From the human T2T-CHM13v2.0 reference genome, Homo sapiens: a stretch of 64,000 bases of DNA. How positions within the stretch are numbered: position 1 is the first letter of the stretch; each line of letters begins with the position of its first letter. The position numbers were made by a program, and so were the translations under genes. This document shows, piece after piece, positions 29,630 to 43,819 of this stretch. The notes under the pieces were generated by a model. It searched no databases. It was not told the origin of the DNA and worked only from the letters and a program-made list of their open reading frames with translations. The DNA lies in assembly GCF_009914755.1 (NCBI RefSeq), contig NC_060929.1. One strand, 5' to 3'.

Positions 29630-31874
29630 TGTATTAGTCTGTTTTCATGCAGCTAATAAAGACGTACTCAAGACTGGGAAGAAAAAAGAGGTTTAATTGG
29701 ACTTATAGTTCCACATGGCTGGGGAGGCCTCAGAATCATGGTGGGAGGTGAAGGGCACTTCTTACATGGCGATGGCAAGAGAAAATGAAAAAGCAAAAGC
29801 AGAAACCCCTGGTAAACCCATCGGATCTTGTGAGGCTTAATTCACTATCAGGAGAATAGCACAGGAAAGAGAGGCCCCATGATTCAGTTAGCTCCCCCTG
29901 GGTCCCTCCCACAACATGTGGGAATTCTGGGAGATACAATTCGAGTTGAGATTTGGGTGGGGACAGAGCCAAACCATATCATTCTGCCTCTGATCCTCCA
30001 TATCTCATGTCCTCAAATTCCAAAACCAATCATGCCTTCCCAACAGTCCCCCAAAGTCCTAACTCATTTCAGCATTAATCCAGAAGTCCACAGTCCAAAG
30101 TCTTATCTGAGAAAAGGCAAGTCTCTTCTGCTTACGAGCCTGTAAAATCAAAAGCAAGCTAGTTGCTTCCTAGATACAGTGGGGGTACAGGTATTGGGTA
30201 AATACAGCCATTCCAAATGGGAGAAATTGGGCAAAACAAAGGGGCTGCAGGGCCCATGCAAGTCCAAAATCCAGCATGGCAGTCAAATCTTAAAGGTCCA
30301 AAATGATCTCCTTTGACTCCATGTCTTACATCCAAGGCACACTGATGCAAGGGGTGGGTTCCCATGGTCTTGGGCAGCTCCATCCCTGTAGCTTTGCAGG
30401 GTACAGCCTTCTTCCCAGCTGCTTTCATGGGCTGGCATTGAGTGTCTGTGGCTTTTCCAGGTGCACGGTGCAAGCTGTTGGTGGATCTACTATTCCAGGA
30501 TCTGGGGGACTGTAGCCCTCATGGCCCACTAGGCAGTGCCCCAGTAAGGGACTCTGTGTGGGGACTCCGACCCCACATTTCCCTTCTGCGCTGCCCTAGC
30601 AGAGGTTCTCCATGAGGGCCCCACCCCTGCAGTAAATTTTGCCTGGGCATCTATACATCTACTAAAATCTAGGCGGAGGTTCAAAAACCTCAGTTCTTGA
30701 CTTCTGTGCCCCCACAGGCTCAACACCATGTGGAAGCTGCCAAGGATTCGGGCTTGCCCCCTCTGAAGCAACAGCCCAGGCTCTATGTTGACCCCTTTCA
30801 GCCACGGCTGGTGCATGTGGGACACAGGGCACCAATTCCCTAGGCTGTGCACAACATGGCGACCCTGGGGCCAGCCCACAAAACCACTTTTTCCTCCTGT
30901 GCCTCTGGGTCTGTGATGGGAGGGGCTTCCATGAAGGTCTCTGATATTGCCCGGAGACATTTTCCCCCTGGTCTTGGGGATTAACATTAGGCTTCTTGCT
31001 ACTTATGCAAATTTCTGCAGCCAGCTTGAATTTCTCCTCGAAAAAATGGGTTTTTCTTTTCTACTGCATCATCAGGCTGCAAATTTTCTGAGCTTTTATG
31101 GTCTGTTTCCCTTTAAAGTTGAATGGTTTTAACAGCACCCAAGTCAGCTTATGAATGCTTTGCTGCTTAGACATTTCTTCCACTAGATACCCTAAATCAT
31201 CTTAAGTTCAAAGTTTGACAAATCTCTAGGGCAGGGGCAAAATGCTGCCAGTCTCTTTGCTAACAAGAGTCTTCTTTTCTCCAGTTCCCAAGAAGTTCCT
31301 CATCTCCATCTGAGACCGCCTCAGCCTGGACCTTGTTGTTCATATCACTATAGCATTTTTGTCAAAGCCATTCAACAAGTCTCTAGGAGATTTCAAACTT
31401 TCCCACATTTTTCTGTCTTCTTCTGAGCCCTCCAAACTGTCCCAATCTCTGCCTGTTACCCAATTCCAAAGTTGTGTCCACATTTTTGGGTATCTTTTCA
31501 GCAATGCCCCACTATATTGGTACAAATTTACTGTATTAGTCTGTTTCCATGACGCTGATAAAGACATACTGAGAGTGGGAAGAAAAAAAAGTTTAACTGG
31601 ACTTGTAGTTCCACATGGCTGGGGAGGCCTCAGAATCATGGCAGGAGGCAAAAGGCACTTCTTACATGGTGGCAGCAAGAGAAAATGAGGAAGAAGCAAA
31701 AGGAGAAACCCCTCAGATCTCACGAGGCTTAATTCACTATCACAAGAATAGCATGGGAAAGACCAGCCCCCATGATTCACTTACCTCCCTATGGGTCCCT
31801 CCCATAGCATGTGCTAATTCTGGGAGATACAATTCAAGTTGACATTTGGGTGGAGACACAGCCAAACCATATCA
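29630..31874 (-). mobile_element. Complete THE1A (ERVL-MaLR): LTR - internal - LTR
   Basis: LTRs at 29630-29981 and 31532-31874 with TG...CA ends; ~1.55 kb internal region; 5-bp TSD GACAT at 29625-29629 and 31875-31879. Confidence 0.95.
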
Positions 31875-31904
31875 GACATAGTACTAAATATTTCAGTAAT
31901 TTCT

Positions 31905-32372
31905 CCCTCTTTATTGTGGTAAGAACATTTGACATGAGATCTACCCTTTTAACAAATTTTTAAGTGCACAATACAGTATTGTTAACTATCAGTTCAATGT
32001 TGCACGGTAAAAGTTTAGAACTTATTCGTTTTCATAACTGAAACTTTATGCCCATTGTACAGCAACTCCTCATCCCTCTCTCACCCCTCAACCCCTAGCA
32101 GTGACCATTCTACTCTCTGTTTCTACGAGTTTGAATATTTTAGATACCTTATATAAGTGAAATCATGCAGCACATACTCTTCTGTGACAGGCTTATTTCC
32201 AGAGTCATCCAAGCAGTTGCATATGGCAGGATTTTCTTCTTTTTCAAGGCTGAATAATATTTCATTTGTATGTATATGCCACATTTTCTTTATCCATTCG
32301 TCTGTCACTGGACTTGGCTCTTTCCATAACTTGGCTATTATGAATAATGCTGCAGTGAACATAAGAGGAGAT
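31905..32372 (-). mobile_element. L1MA9/L1MB-like 3' fragment
   Basis: gtggtaagaacatttgacatgagatctaccc 3'UTR; ORF2 remnant [28 protein letters not shown]. Confidence 0.8.
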
Positions 32373-32519
32373 TAAGAAGATTTGACTGTTTTCTTTTTAG
32401 TCTATTGCTGGAATATTTTGTCCATTAATGAAGAGTCATTACTTTCACCCTAGAAACATGCCCTTCCAGCATTTATATCAACATTTTACAGGCAAACCAG
32501 CCTTTTTTTTTTTTTTTTA

Positions 32520-34205
32520 AAGTAGGGTCTACAGGCCTGACACAAATCCAAAATCCAGCTTTAAGTCAAATTTTAAAGCTCCAAAATGATCTCGTTTGAT
32601 TCCATGTCTCACATTCAGGTTACACTGTTGTTAAGAGATGGGTTCCCATGGTCTTGGGCAGCTCCACCCCTTTGGCTTTGCAGGGTACAGCCCCGCTCCT
32701 AGCTGCTTTCCCAGGCTGGCATTGAGTGCCTGCAGCTTTTCCAGGCACATGGTGTAAGCTGTCAGTAGATCTAACTTTCTAGCATATGAAGGATGCCTGC
32801 CCTCTTCTAATAGGCACAGCTCTAATAGGCAGTGCCCCAGTGGGGACTCCTTGTGGGGGCTCTGACACTACATTTCCCTTCTGCATTACCCTAGCAGAGG
32901 TTCTACATGAGGGCCCCACCCCTGCAGCAAACTTTTACCTGGACATCCAGGCATTTTCAAACATCCTCTGAAATCTAGGTGGAGGTTCTCAAACCTCAAT
33001 TCTTAACTTCTTTGAACCTGCAGGCTCAACACCTTGTGGAAGCTGCCAAGGCTTGGAGCTTGTACTCTGAAGCCATGGCCTGAGCTGTACCTTGGCCCCT
33101 TTTACCTATGGCTGGAGTGGCTGGGATGTAGGGCACCAAGTTGCTAGGTTGTACACAGCACTAGGGACTGTGTGCCCAGCCCACAAAACCATGTTTTTCT
33201 CCTAGGCCTCTAGTCCTGTGATGGGAGGGGCTGCTCTGACATGCCCTGGAAACATTTTCCTCATTGTCTTGGTTATTAACATTTGGCTCCTCGTTACTTA
33301 TGCAAATTTCTGCTGCCAGCCTTAATTTCTCCCCTGAAAATGGGTTTTTCTGTTTTACTCCATTGTCATCTGAAAATTGTTCAAAATTTATGCTTTGCTT
33401 CCTCTTGAACATTTTGCTGCTTAGAAATTTTTTCTACCAGATACCTAAGTCATCTCTCTCAAGTTCAGAGTTCCATAGATCTCTAGGGCAGGGGTAAAAT
33501 GCCATCATTGTCTTTGCATAGAAGAGTGACCTTCACTCCAGTTACCAAAAAGCTCCTCGTCTCCTTCTGAGACCACCTCAGCCTGGACTTCATTGTCCAT
33601 ATCAGTATCAGCATTTTGTTCAAAGCCACTCAACAAGTCTCTAGGAACTTCCATACTTTCCCACATCTTCCTGTCCTCTGAGCCCTCCAAGTATCTAGGA
33701 AGTTCCAAACTTTTCCACATTTTCGTATCTTCTTCTGACCCCTCCAAACTGTTCCAACCTCTACTCCTTACCGAGTTCCACAGTCACTTCCACATTTTTG
33801 GGGTATCTTTACAGCAGCACCCCCCACCTGGTACCAATTTACTGTATTAGTCTGTTCTCACCCTGCTAGTAAAGATATACTCAAGACTGGGGAATTTATA
33901 AAGGAAAGAGGTTTAATTGACTCACAGTTTCACATGGCTAGGGAGATTTCACAATCATAGCAGAAGGTGAATGGAGAACAAAGTCATATCATATATGGCG
34001 GCATGCAATAGAGCATATGTAGGGGAGCTCCCCTTCATAAAACCATCAGATCTCATTAGACTTATTCAGTATCATGAGAACAGCACATGAGAGACCACCC
34101 CCATGATTCAATTGACTCCCAATAGGTTCTTCCCATGACACGTGGGAATTATGGAAGTTACAATTCAATATGAGATTTGGGTGGGGACACAGCCAAACCC
34201 TATCA
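32520..34205 (-). mobile_element. Truncated THE1 (THE1C-like): one LTR (33843-34205) plus internal region; other LTR missing
   Basis: Internal sequence is colinear with ~30240-31530; LTR tgtattagtc...ccctatca. Confidence 0.9.
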
Positions 34206-34477
34206 TCTATCAATTGGAGCAAGCCACCAAGCAGATGATTGTGAACTTTTGTGCCCTCACAAAGAAATTGAAGTGAAGTGTAAGAATGCTTTTGGCTATA
34301 AATAGAAGAAAATCCAGATTCAGTGGACTTAAGCAAGGAAAAAATGTGTATACAATAAGAAATTGAGGATTGGTGAATTCCATAGCTACATTATATCACC
34401 AATATTTTTTTCTGTCTTATATTCAAAATTCCAGTTTGTGCAGCTTTGATTCCATGCTAGCAATCCTCCTGGTGTAG

Positions 34478-34831
<354 letters not shown>

Positions 34832-34849
34832 AATTATCTCTCATTTTTA

Positions 34850-35050
34850 ATACCTTTTCTTTATTTAATTGCTTAATTCACAAGGGAAAGTTGTATATAT
34901 TTATAGTGTACAATATGATGTTTTGATGCATGTATACATTGTGAATGGCCATATGAAGCCATTTAACATATGCATTACCTCAGATACTTATTTTCTGTGG
35001 TGAGAACACACAATTTCCTCTTAGCAAGTTTCAAGGTCAGAATATAGTGT
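34850..35050 (-). mobile_element. L1MA 3' end fragment
   Basis: ttgtatatatttatagtgtacaatatgatgttttga...atatgcattacctca..tacttatttt..gtggtgagaaca. Confidence 0.8.
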
Positions 35051-36269
35051 TTCACTTTCTTTTCAAAATGGGAATATATTTCTCAGCAATGTCCCAGCAG
35101 ACATTCCTTTTCTGTTACTGATCAGAAATGTCCATTGTTCTTGCTTACATCAAACATTTAAAGGGAATGGTTTAGGTTGACTTTTGTATTAACCAGGACA
35201 TGAAAGGCAACCATATCTGTGCTGACCATTTAGGGCAGTCACCTGGACAAATTGCCATTTTCTCATCAGGAGAAAAGTGGATATGCAATCACTAGTGTTA
35301 CTGTGGATAATGCTGGAGGATAAAGAAAACAATGGTCAGTTTTATAGAAAAGATGCTGGTAATGGTGAAACTATCACAATAATTGCTTGGTCTTCATATT
35401 GTTAACCTATAGCACCCAGGAGGAAAACTTCCTCTGGCTTAACTGTAAACGAAATACAATTTCTAACTAATCTTTTTATTTTTCTTCATTTCTTAAAGAG
35501 CACAGGAATGACAGCAGTTCTGTGAGTTTTTGCTTCTAGCCAGAGTAAACTATCACATGGTCAGTGAGTGCTCCATTTAAGTATTCTCCAGAAAGTAAAT
35601 TCATTGTCCAGGAGGCCTAAGGGCTTTTGATTAAATTCTAGCACTCCTGTTTTGCAAAAACTTAAACCCTTACTTGGCTACTTTTCTCAGTCAGAATTTT
35701 TGTTGTTGTTATTGTTCCCAAATCAGTGACAGATTTTATTAACATCAATTAGGAGCTATTGTGAGGCTTTAAAATATGAAGTACTGAAACCATTAGTTAC
35801 TATTGCACTGTCAAAAGTATTTCCCTTAAAACTGATAGAGCACAAGGGGCCATTGGTAATTTAAAATTATTTTTAATAAAAGAATTAAACCAATCTTATA
35901 TCTTCTTTCACTTTTATTATAGCCCCCCTGCCTCTGTGTTCCAGGGGTATATAGAAATTACATTTCTACAATCTGTATTTATTTTTAAAATGTAATTCTT
36001 CAGTATACACCTGTCTTTAGTAAAATGTGGGAAATGCTTTGCCTGAATCCCTTCATAATTATTGTAGTGTTGTCATTCCTTTTATATCTTGATGGGATGG
36101 GATGATTTCTAAGGTGACTTTCAATGTGGCAAATTTGAAACTCGTGGAATCTATATTGTAATATTTAATTTAATAACGCCATTTAATTCTATGGCATCTT
36201 TCCTTTTTATGTTACAATATTTAAGATTGAGCATATTGTAAATAAAAAAGATTTGACTTTTTGAGGGGA

Positions 36270-36690
36270 AGCAGCTTTATTGAGACATAATTCACATACT
36301 ACACAATTCATCCATTTAAAGTGCACAGATAGATGTTCTTAGTATATTCATAGAGTTACACAATCTAAATCACGATAAATTGTAGAACATTTTTATCTCT
36401 TGCCCCCAGAATCCTACATGATACCCATTAGAAGTCACTTCCATTTGCCCGCAATACCCCCAGTCCTAGGCAACCAATATTCCACTATTTATCTCCAGAA
36501 ATTGGCTTGTTCTGGACATTTTATAACAGTGGAATCATACAATATGTGGTCTCTTGTTACCAGCTCCTTTCATTGAGCATAATATTTTCGAGATTCTTTC
36601 ATGGTGTGCCATGTATCAGCACTTTTCTTATTTTCAAATAATATTCCCTTGCATAGATATAATATGGCCCTTTTTAATACATGCCTTCTC
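36270..36690 (-). mobile_element. L1MB 3' end fragment
   Basis: cagctttattgagacataattcacatac...gttctggacattttataacagtggaatcatacaatatgtgg. Confidence 0.8.
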
Positions 36691-37699
36691 AAAGTGATTT
36701 AAATATACTATAATATTAGGATAACAAAATTCAAGTTTGAAATAAAAATTGAACATTATGAAACAATTTCTGCAATCTAGATCGACATCCTCCTGCCCTG
36801 TATAACCCATCTCATTTAATAAAATGGGACTGGAAAAAATATGCTGGAAATTGGGGACATCTGGATGTAACAAAATTATTATGTACTTTATTGAAATTAT
36901 TAATATTGCCCATTTTTCTCCATTACTTGCTGTCTGCTCATAAGTGACACTTAGCACAGGCATTTCAAACAGAATATATTTTACTTTGCAATACTGTAAA
37001 TTCCCATTCTTACACAAAACAGTTTATCAGTCTCTTTGTCTCTTCTAGCCTATCCAGACTATGTCCATAGGGCCTTGTCCTTATAACAAATATACCTGTT
37101 AAAGGTATATTCACAAACAATGGCATCTCTGTTGTTGAGAAAAATTATGTAAATATTCAAGTAATTTCTTATCACTATCATGTATATCGGGGTAAGTACC
37201 TATTTGTCATCATCTCTCTCTCAAAAAATATATATGTATATATATATATGAAAATATGATCGAGTTGGCAAGTATTTAAGTTTTCATTTCCTCTTTAAAT
37301 GAAAGACTAATAACCCACTCAATAAACTAAAAAATATGGCAGGAGCAAGACAGAAAGTAAAGACTGAGACATGTAATTTTTGGCAAAGTTATAAACTCTA
37401 CTGTTTCAGAAAATATTTATTTTTAAAACTGAAGGAGAATAGGAGAAAAGTCATAGGCAAAGATGTAAAATGTCCGAGTTGTAAAGTATGAGGTAATCCA
37501 GAGAAACTTCAAGAAACAGATATATAAGTCGATAGACAGACAGATATAGAAACCATAGCAGAGAAGTGCCCAGAATTGAGAGGCGTGAATTATTAGATGA
37601 AAATGTACTGCAACAGTCCGGCAAGAAAAATACAAATAAGTGCATGCCTTGGTGCTTTACAGTAAATGCTGTTAAGCCACAAGTCATATAACAGTAAAT

Positions 37700-38075
37700 T
37701 ACGTAAAATAAAGTAGATATACATGTAACAATATATTTAAATTCCAAAAAAGATGCCAAATAAACAAAAGGTTGCCTAATGATACTATAGCATGAAAATA
37801 TTTACAAAAAGCTTAAGAGCACAAAAAATGTAACGTGTTTCTGGTTAAACTATAAAAATAAGGCATCAGGAATATAAACAAGTTATTGGCAATGGTTATC
37901 TCTGGGGCGAAATCAAGAATAACGGTATTAAAGAGGAGAGGACTTTATCTGTCATCATTTTAGTCTTTGAAAGTATTGGCAAACTATAAAAACATTTAAA
38001 ATCTGGGTGGTTGCATATGGGAATTTTCTTTATCATGTTTAAGTTTGGCAATTTCATCATGAACAAAATTCTAAA
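37700..38075 (+). mobile_element. Old L1ME-type 3' fragment
   Basis: caggaatataaacaagttattggcaatggttatctctgggg; weak match. Confidence 0.4.
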
Positions 38076-38089
38076 AAATAAAAAATGGA

Positions 38090-38255
38090 CAGAGATTGGA
38101 GTGTTGCTTACAGATTGTGGCCTTTTAGATCACTTCTTTAACCTTTCTATGGCCCAAGTTTCTAGTTTGTAAAATAATAATGTTAATTGAACATACATAA
38201 AAAAGTGAGGGTTATTGTATCATGACACATCGTACAAAGCAGTTCATAAACATTA
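38090..38255 (+). mobile_element. MIR
   Basis: cacttctttaacctttctatggcccaagtttctagtttgtaaaataataat core. Confidence 0.6.
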
Positions 38256-39949
38256 GTCAACATTATTTTTTACAGGCAATACAATATAAAGCATTGTGTA
38301 TATAGCACTGTGAGAAGCACAACCGACCAAACAAGAAGGAAGCAAAGCTTTACCCAAAAAGCATATAAGGCATAGGTTGACTAAGACGAGAATTATTTGC
38401 ATTTTATAGCTCAATAAAAAATAGTCAATAAACAATAATTGCCAAATCTTACATGATTTTGGTACCCCATGTAAACAGAACAAATCTCTCCTGCTTCCTT
38501 ACTTAAAACGAAGCAAAATAAAACAAAAAGTTTAAGTATTCTTCTATGGATCGAGTGTATATATTATTTTATCTGAATGACATGTGGAATGTAAAGAGAA
38601 AAGATAGAGAATGCCTATCCCAACGATTTTATTGATTGGATATGTCATTTATTCTTCATCTCATTGAGTAATTTTTCTCCCTCCTTGGGACTGATATTTC
38701 ACAAATGTAGCTTAGAATGAATTCCTACAGCATTTGTTCATAATGAACAAATGCCTAATTTGTGAACAAATGCCTACTTATGAATTCCTGTCTCAGAAGC
38801 TAATTTAATTGGTGCATTCCAACTACTATTGCTTATTTCACACTTCAGTAGGTAAAGATGCATTAATAATCGAAGTTTCGAACTATAATTAACATTAGCT
38901 TTAGGCTCCTGACAATGAAATGATTACATTTTAATGTATGGGTTGATAAAGTTAATCTAACATATGAATAAACAGCGAAAATAACTTACATTTACTCTTT
39001 CTCTGCAAATTGATACATGCATTTGTGTGTTATCTAAACCATGGGGAATAAGGGAATGTCAAAGAAAAAGTGAATAAATGGCTACCAACACAACACCTAA
39101 ACCTAATCCATTCAGTGCGCTAAACTGAATTTGAGACATTCCAACAAAAACATTATTTTCTAGTAAAACTTAAGCAATGTTTTTAGCCTTGCTTTTCTTT
39201 CACATTTTTCTATATAATTGAATTATGTTTTTTATCTTATTTCACTCTGTACCTAATTGAGCTGATTACTTTATAAGGATCCCTGAATGATGAATGTTTA
39301 TGTTAATATCTTGTTTTTAAGCAGAGCATACCATATCGTTCAAATGTACTTGCTGGGTATTATTACATTCGTGTTGATAAAGATTGTGTTTGTGACATAA
39401 CTTTAAGTGAAGAAAAATGCATTCTTGACTCTATCCTTCCTTCGGTGATATTTTCTGGACCTTTTAATTTTTAATTGACAGCATTCAGAATGGTGCAAAT
39501 CTGAATAACTGAGGTTGCTAATTGTGGTACTTTAATATCACTAATACTTTTTGTGTTCAGGTTCACAAGAATAGAAAAACAACATAACTTGTTTTTCATC
39601 TGGGACTGATGGCTTAGAACTCCAAAAACATTGGTTGTTAGATTTGTCCAAATGTACATACTTTGTTATTAAAGACTAGGATGGCCTTTGAAACAAGCTC
39701 ACAGATATAGAATGAGGTAACCAAAATATGCATTAAAATACCTAATCTCACCTCAAATGTCAGACTATAGAACGAAGAAATAAAATGTATTTCTCAAGTC
39801 ATATTTTAATCATTATGAGAATAAGTACAAAGTCATTTATAGTTTCTAATATTTGTGTTCCTTGTCCACTGGAGATGGTTGGAATACTTTATCCAAATTG
39901 GGACTTGAAGAAACTAATCAGGCCCCACTATTTGTCAGAAACTCGGTGG

Positions 39950-40350
39950 GGACTTTAACAAAGTCAAATTTATTTAATCTTAATAACAATCTTATATGAT
40001 AAATAATAATCACTGCATTTTCCCACCAAAAAAAGAAAAAATAACCTAAGTTTCAGAAGAGTGATTTGCCCTACAGAGCCACTATCTAAAGCTATTTTCT
40101 GATTGTGAATCAAGTGTTAATTTATAGGATATACCACAGGTTTTCAATTGCTAAAAGAAGTTATGTATAGAATATAAAATTTATATACTATATGCCTACC
40201 ACTCTTCTGAATGCTTTATGTGAATAATCATATTTTTCAATGAGGACCTGGGTCCAGAGAAGGTTATAACTTACCCAGGTCCCACAGCTAACAAAGAGTA
40301 GTTTTAGATTGAAAACTTGAGTATTTGGCTCCAGACATATGTTGTTATTC
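39950..40350 (-). mobile_element. Two MIR fragments
   Basis: atgaggacctgggtccagagaaggttataacttacccaggtcccacagcta; tttaatctttaataacaatcttat. Confidence 0.55.
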
Positions 40351-41268
40351 ACATTTTATTACCTTCTTTCAATGAAGCATTTGGAGCAGGTGTACATCTC
40401 ACTTGTATTTAAATACACTTAAATATAATATTATAGTGATGACTTAAATCATGGTTGAGGGCATAATGAGTCTCCTTTCTTCATTCCATGATAATACTAA
40501 ATGTGCACTAGAGTTGACTGAAATGGTTTTTTCCTCTTATTCATTCTTTTTTTTGTGTGTTGTTCTGGCTATGATGATTGTATAAATTCAGTATTATACA
40601 TTTTCAGGTTTATTATTTGTGAAGTGTCAATCTCTTCTGTTAACTTTTAAGATAATCTGACCAGATGGCATTAAGAATACATTAATTAAATTAGAAGTTA
40701 TAATAAAAATATACTCTCTTTGATGCTCAGGAAGGCTTAACATTTCATTCTCTTTCTTCTGTTTGTCTTCAGTAATCCCAAATGTCATGAATAATTACAT
40801 ATCATTATTAAAGAAAAAAAACAACTCTGTTGAGATAGAAATTCTACCAGATGCTATTATAATTATTGTTTCTTGCAGTTTAAAGTATAGGCAATTGTTT
40901 GGAGACACATTAAAAGAAAATGGACATTTGTTTTATTGAAGCTACTTGTTATATGCTATATTTGTGTTCATATGTCTAATATTATGGGCCAACTGTTTTT
41001 CTTCAATCTTCATACATGCTAACTAGCAATAATTTTAACCAAAATAAATCTTGGTTGTTAGTCTTAATGACTAACCAGAAACATTCGATTTGCCTGTGGC
41101 ATAAAAAATACTATGCCTGTAATAGCAAAAATACTCTTTAACAGCCAAAATAATATACTAATTTCAAATAGAATAACTCATCACATGACATTTCTACCTT
41201 AATGTCTAGGCTTTGAAATTGTCATAATAATGACTAAGCAGGTAAGTGCTGATTCTACAGTCTTACTT

Positions 41269-41505
41269 CAGTGATTCTTACGCTTTATAATAGTTTGAAC
41301 TTACCTGCAGATAGTGTTTCTTTTGTTTGGTATTGTTTTGTTTGTTTTGTTTTTAAGAGGTTCTCAGGCTTCCCTCTCAAAAATGCTGAATTAGTAGGAC
41401 CAAAGTAGGTCCCAGGGTCTGGATTTTCAACAAGCACCTGCTCAACCTGCCTTGGTGCTTTTTCTAATGCAAGTTGTCTGCAAATGCTCATTTTGAGAGA
41501 GACTA
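41269..41505. mobile_element. MER5-family MITE
   Basis: cagtgattctta...ctgaattagtagg...attttcaacaagcacc...ttctaatgca...ttttgagagagact. Confidence 0.6.
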
Positions 41506-41716
41506 CCGAGGATTTGGAGGATAGCTGTCCATCAGAATTACACAAGAAGTGATTTGAGCATTCACATGCCATAGCACATGGATACCTTCATAGAATTCTA
41601 CGCCAGGTTTCTGCAGCACATCCCTGAATAAGAACAACTATTGAAGTCACTTATGAACCTTACCAGAAAGACAAACCCTCTTTTAAGCCCCCTCCCTTCC
41701 TTCCTTTCTTTCCATT

Positions 41717-42041
41717 TTCTCTCTCTCTCTCTGTGTGTGTGTGTATGTGTGTGTGTGTGTTTTGAGATAGAGTCTCACTCTGTCATTTAGGATGCAGTGC
41801 AGTGGCATGATTTTGGCTCACTTCAACCTCTCCCTGCAGGGTTCAAGTGATTCTCCTGCCTCAGCCACCCTAGTAGCTAGGATTACAGGTGTGTACCTCC
41901 ATGCCTTTCTAATTTTTATATTTTCACTGGAGACGGGGTTTTGCCATCTTGGTCAGGCTGGTCTTGAACTCCTGGCCTCAAGTGATCCTGCCTCTGCCTC
42001 CCAAAGTGCTGGGATTACAGTTGCAAGCCACCACACCTGGC
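41717..42041 (-). mobile_element. Old Alu (AluJ/early S) with tail converted to (CT)n(GT)n
   Basis: gaactcctggcctcaagtgatcc; microsatellite at 41717-41760. Confidence 0.9.
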
Positions 42042-43819
42042 TTCCTTTTTCTTTTTTAAAGATACAGGCCTCGTTCCTGCTGTGCTTTTTTGTTTTCCTT
42101 TTGGTTTTGGTTTTGTTTTTGTTTGAAACTCTAGAGAACACACTAGCTTCCCCATGTTTGTATAAACCGATAAACAGTGATTGATGGTGGAATTGACAGA
42201 ATCTTGAATGCTGCTTTTTGGATTTGGCACAATATTTATAGAAGACAAGTGGCCTTTTGTGTGTCATTAATTCAGAGAACAGTCAGTACAGTATTAATAT
42301 TCAAGATAGTAGATTCATGGAATAAATTTTCAGGCAGCAAAGATTATAACAAAATTTGAATCCAATCTCTAACACCTACCCTTCCCACCAGTGAAAGTAC
42401 AATATGAATGGACAAGGGCAGCTCTTCTCATTATGATCTTTAGACTGTCATCATTGAGGCTAATTCTAATCTCACACTATGGATGATGAGTAGTTGAAAT
42501 CCAATTTGAATGCATAATACTACATTTAATTTACACTACCACCTGTCAATAGGAAATCGACTGAGGCATATCTTCTGAGATATCCATAGGGAATATTCAA
42601 TTATAATTAACCTTCCTATTTTTGTAAAATCTTTGTCCTGAAATGGATTGTTTGTGCCATTTCTTATTCTTGTAACAATCTGTCACTAGAAGGAATTTGA
42701 ATTTTAACCTAATACTCTCTGAGAAATACAATAGAGAATGTTTCTTTTAATCTCCCAGTACTACTATTGGTTATCCATTTTATTTCTTTTCCATAGGTTA
42801 TGGCTGAGGTTGTAATTTTAGTGCAGGTGAAGGATAATTTGGCAGACTGTGGAAAATGATTTCTCTAAAACTATATTGAATATGATATATAGCAAATAGA
42901 AAATACTTTTTTCTAGCCCAATATTAGAGAAAAAATTCTTTTAGCTCAAATGATGCAATTCATAGCATATGAACTCATGCTAACATGTAGATAAATTTGT
43001 AAAACTACTTTTAAGCAATAATTAGCTGCTACACATAACCTAAAAACCATAAAAATATGATTTAGATGTTGTCTCTAAACATTGTAATGATGAGAAAATA
43101 CCTTTTACCGAAAATCAGTCCCCCTATTTAAGAATGTATCTTCTATTGGATCCATTTATTGACAACTAAAAATGTTACCTGTTTTCCTTTACTCTCTTTT
43201 TCCACCACAATTTGTAAAATTAATGAGTCTATGGCACTTCTCTAGCCTACATATTTTAGCAGCATATAAATGTGTATTATGACTCTCACTGTATGAGGAA
43301 AATAGGACAGATCAGAGGCTTTTTTTACATCATGAGAAGGTCCCTCTTTATAGTTCCATTGAGTTTGGGTCAATTCTCAAATTTGTGCGGGCAGCATAAG
43401 AACAAACCATCAAAAACCAGTTAGTGCTATTTACGTATCCAAAACCAAAATGAGTTAATACACAAAAACCACTTGAACGATGCCTAGCACATTGTATGCA
43501 ACCAACAAATGTTAGCTCAATATAATTTTTAAATTTTAAATATTTTCAATAAGGTGGGTGTTTTAAATGTAAATTTAACTCTGTCTAGGGAGAAATATTC
43601 TCAGCTATAAATAAGAAAGCAACTGATGTTCTCTGTTTTCTTATCACAAGGAAAGGGAATATTGTCAGACTTTTATAGTTATTCACTTTGAATGTCTACT
43701 TAAGGAAAAATTTGAATGGTGCAGTACTTTTATAGAAATAAATAAGTGACATTTGAGACTCAAGTGATAAAGTCTTTGAAGTAAAAGTTGAAACTTTGTA
43801 ATATCTAAAAGGGGACAGT

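Noticed and set aside
33636-33750. ~53-bp tandem duplication in the THE1 internal region
   Set aside because: From memory it recurs in many THE1C/D-int copies, so it is probably inherited rather than locus-specific (unverified).
38743-38777. 19-bp-period direct repeat tgaacaaatgccta (similar cases near 8990 and 13575)
   Set aside because: Two-copy slippage duplications with no repeat-spacer array; not CRISPR-like.
41792-42184. 130-aa ORF and other Alu, THE1 or microsatellite ORFs
   Set aside because: These are spurious translations of repeats.
42797-42826. 30-nt plus-strand exon candidate (VMAEVVILVQ)
   Set aside because: Good acceptor but weak donor (GTGAAG); plausible by chance.
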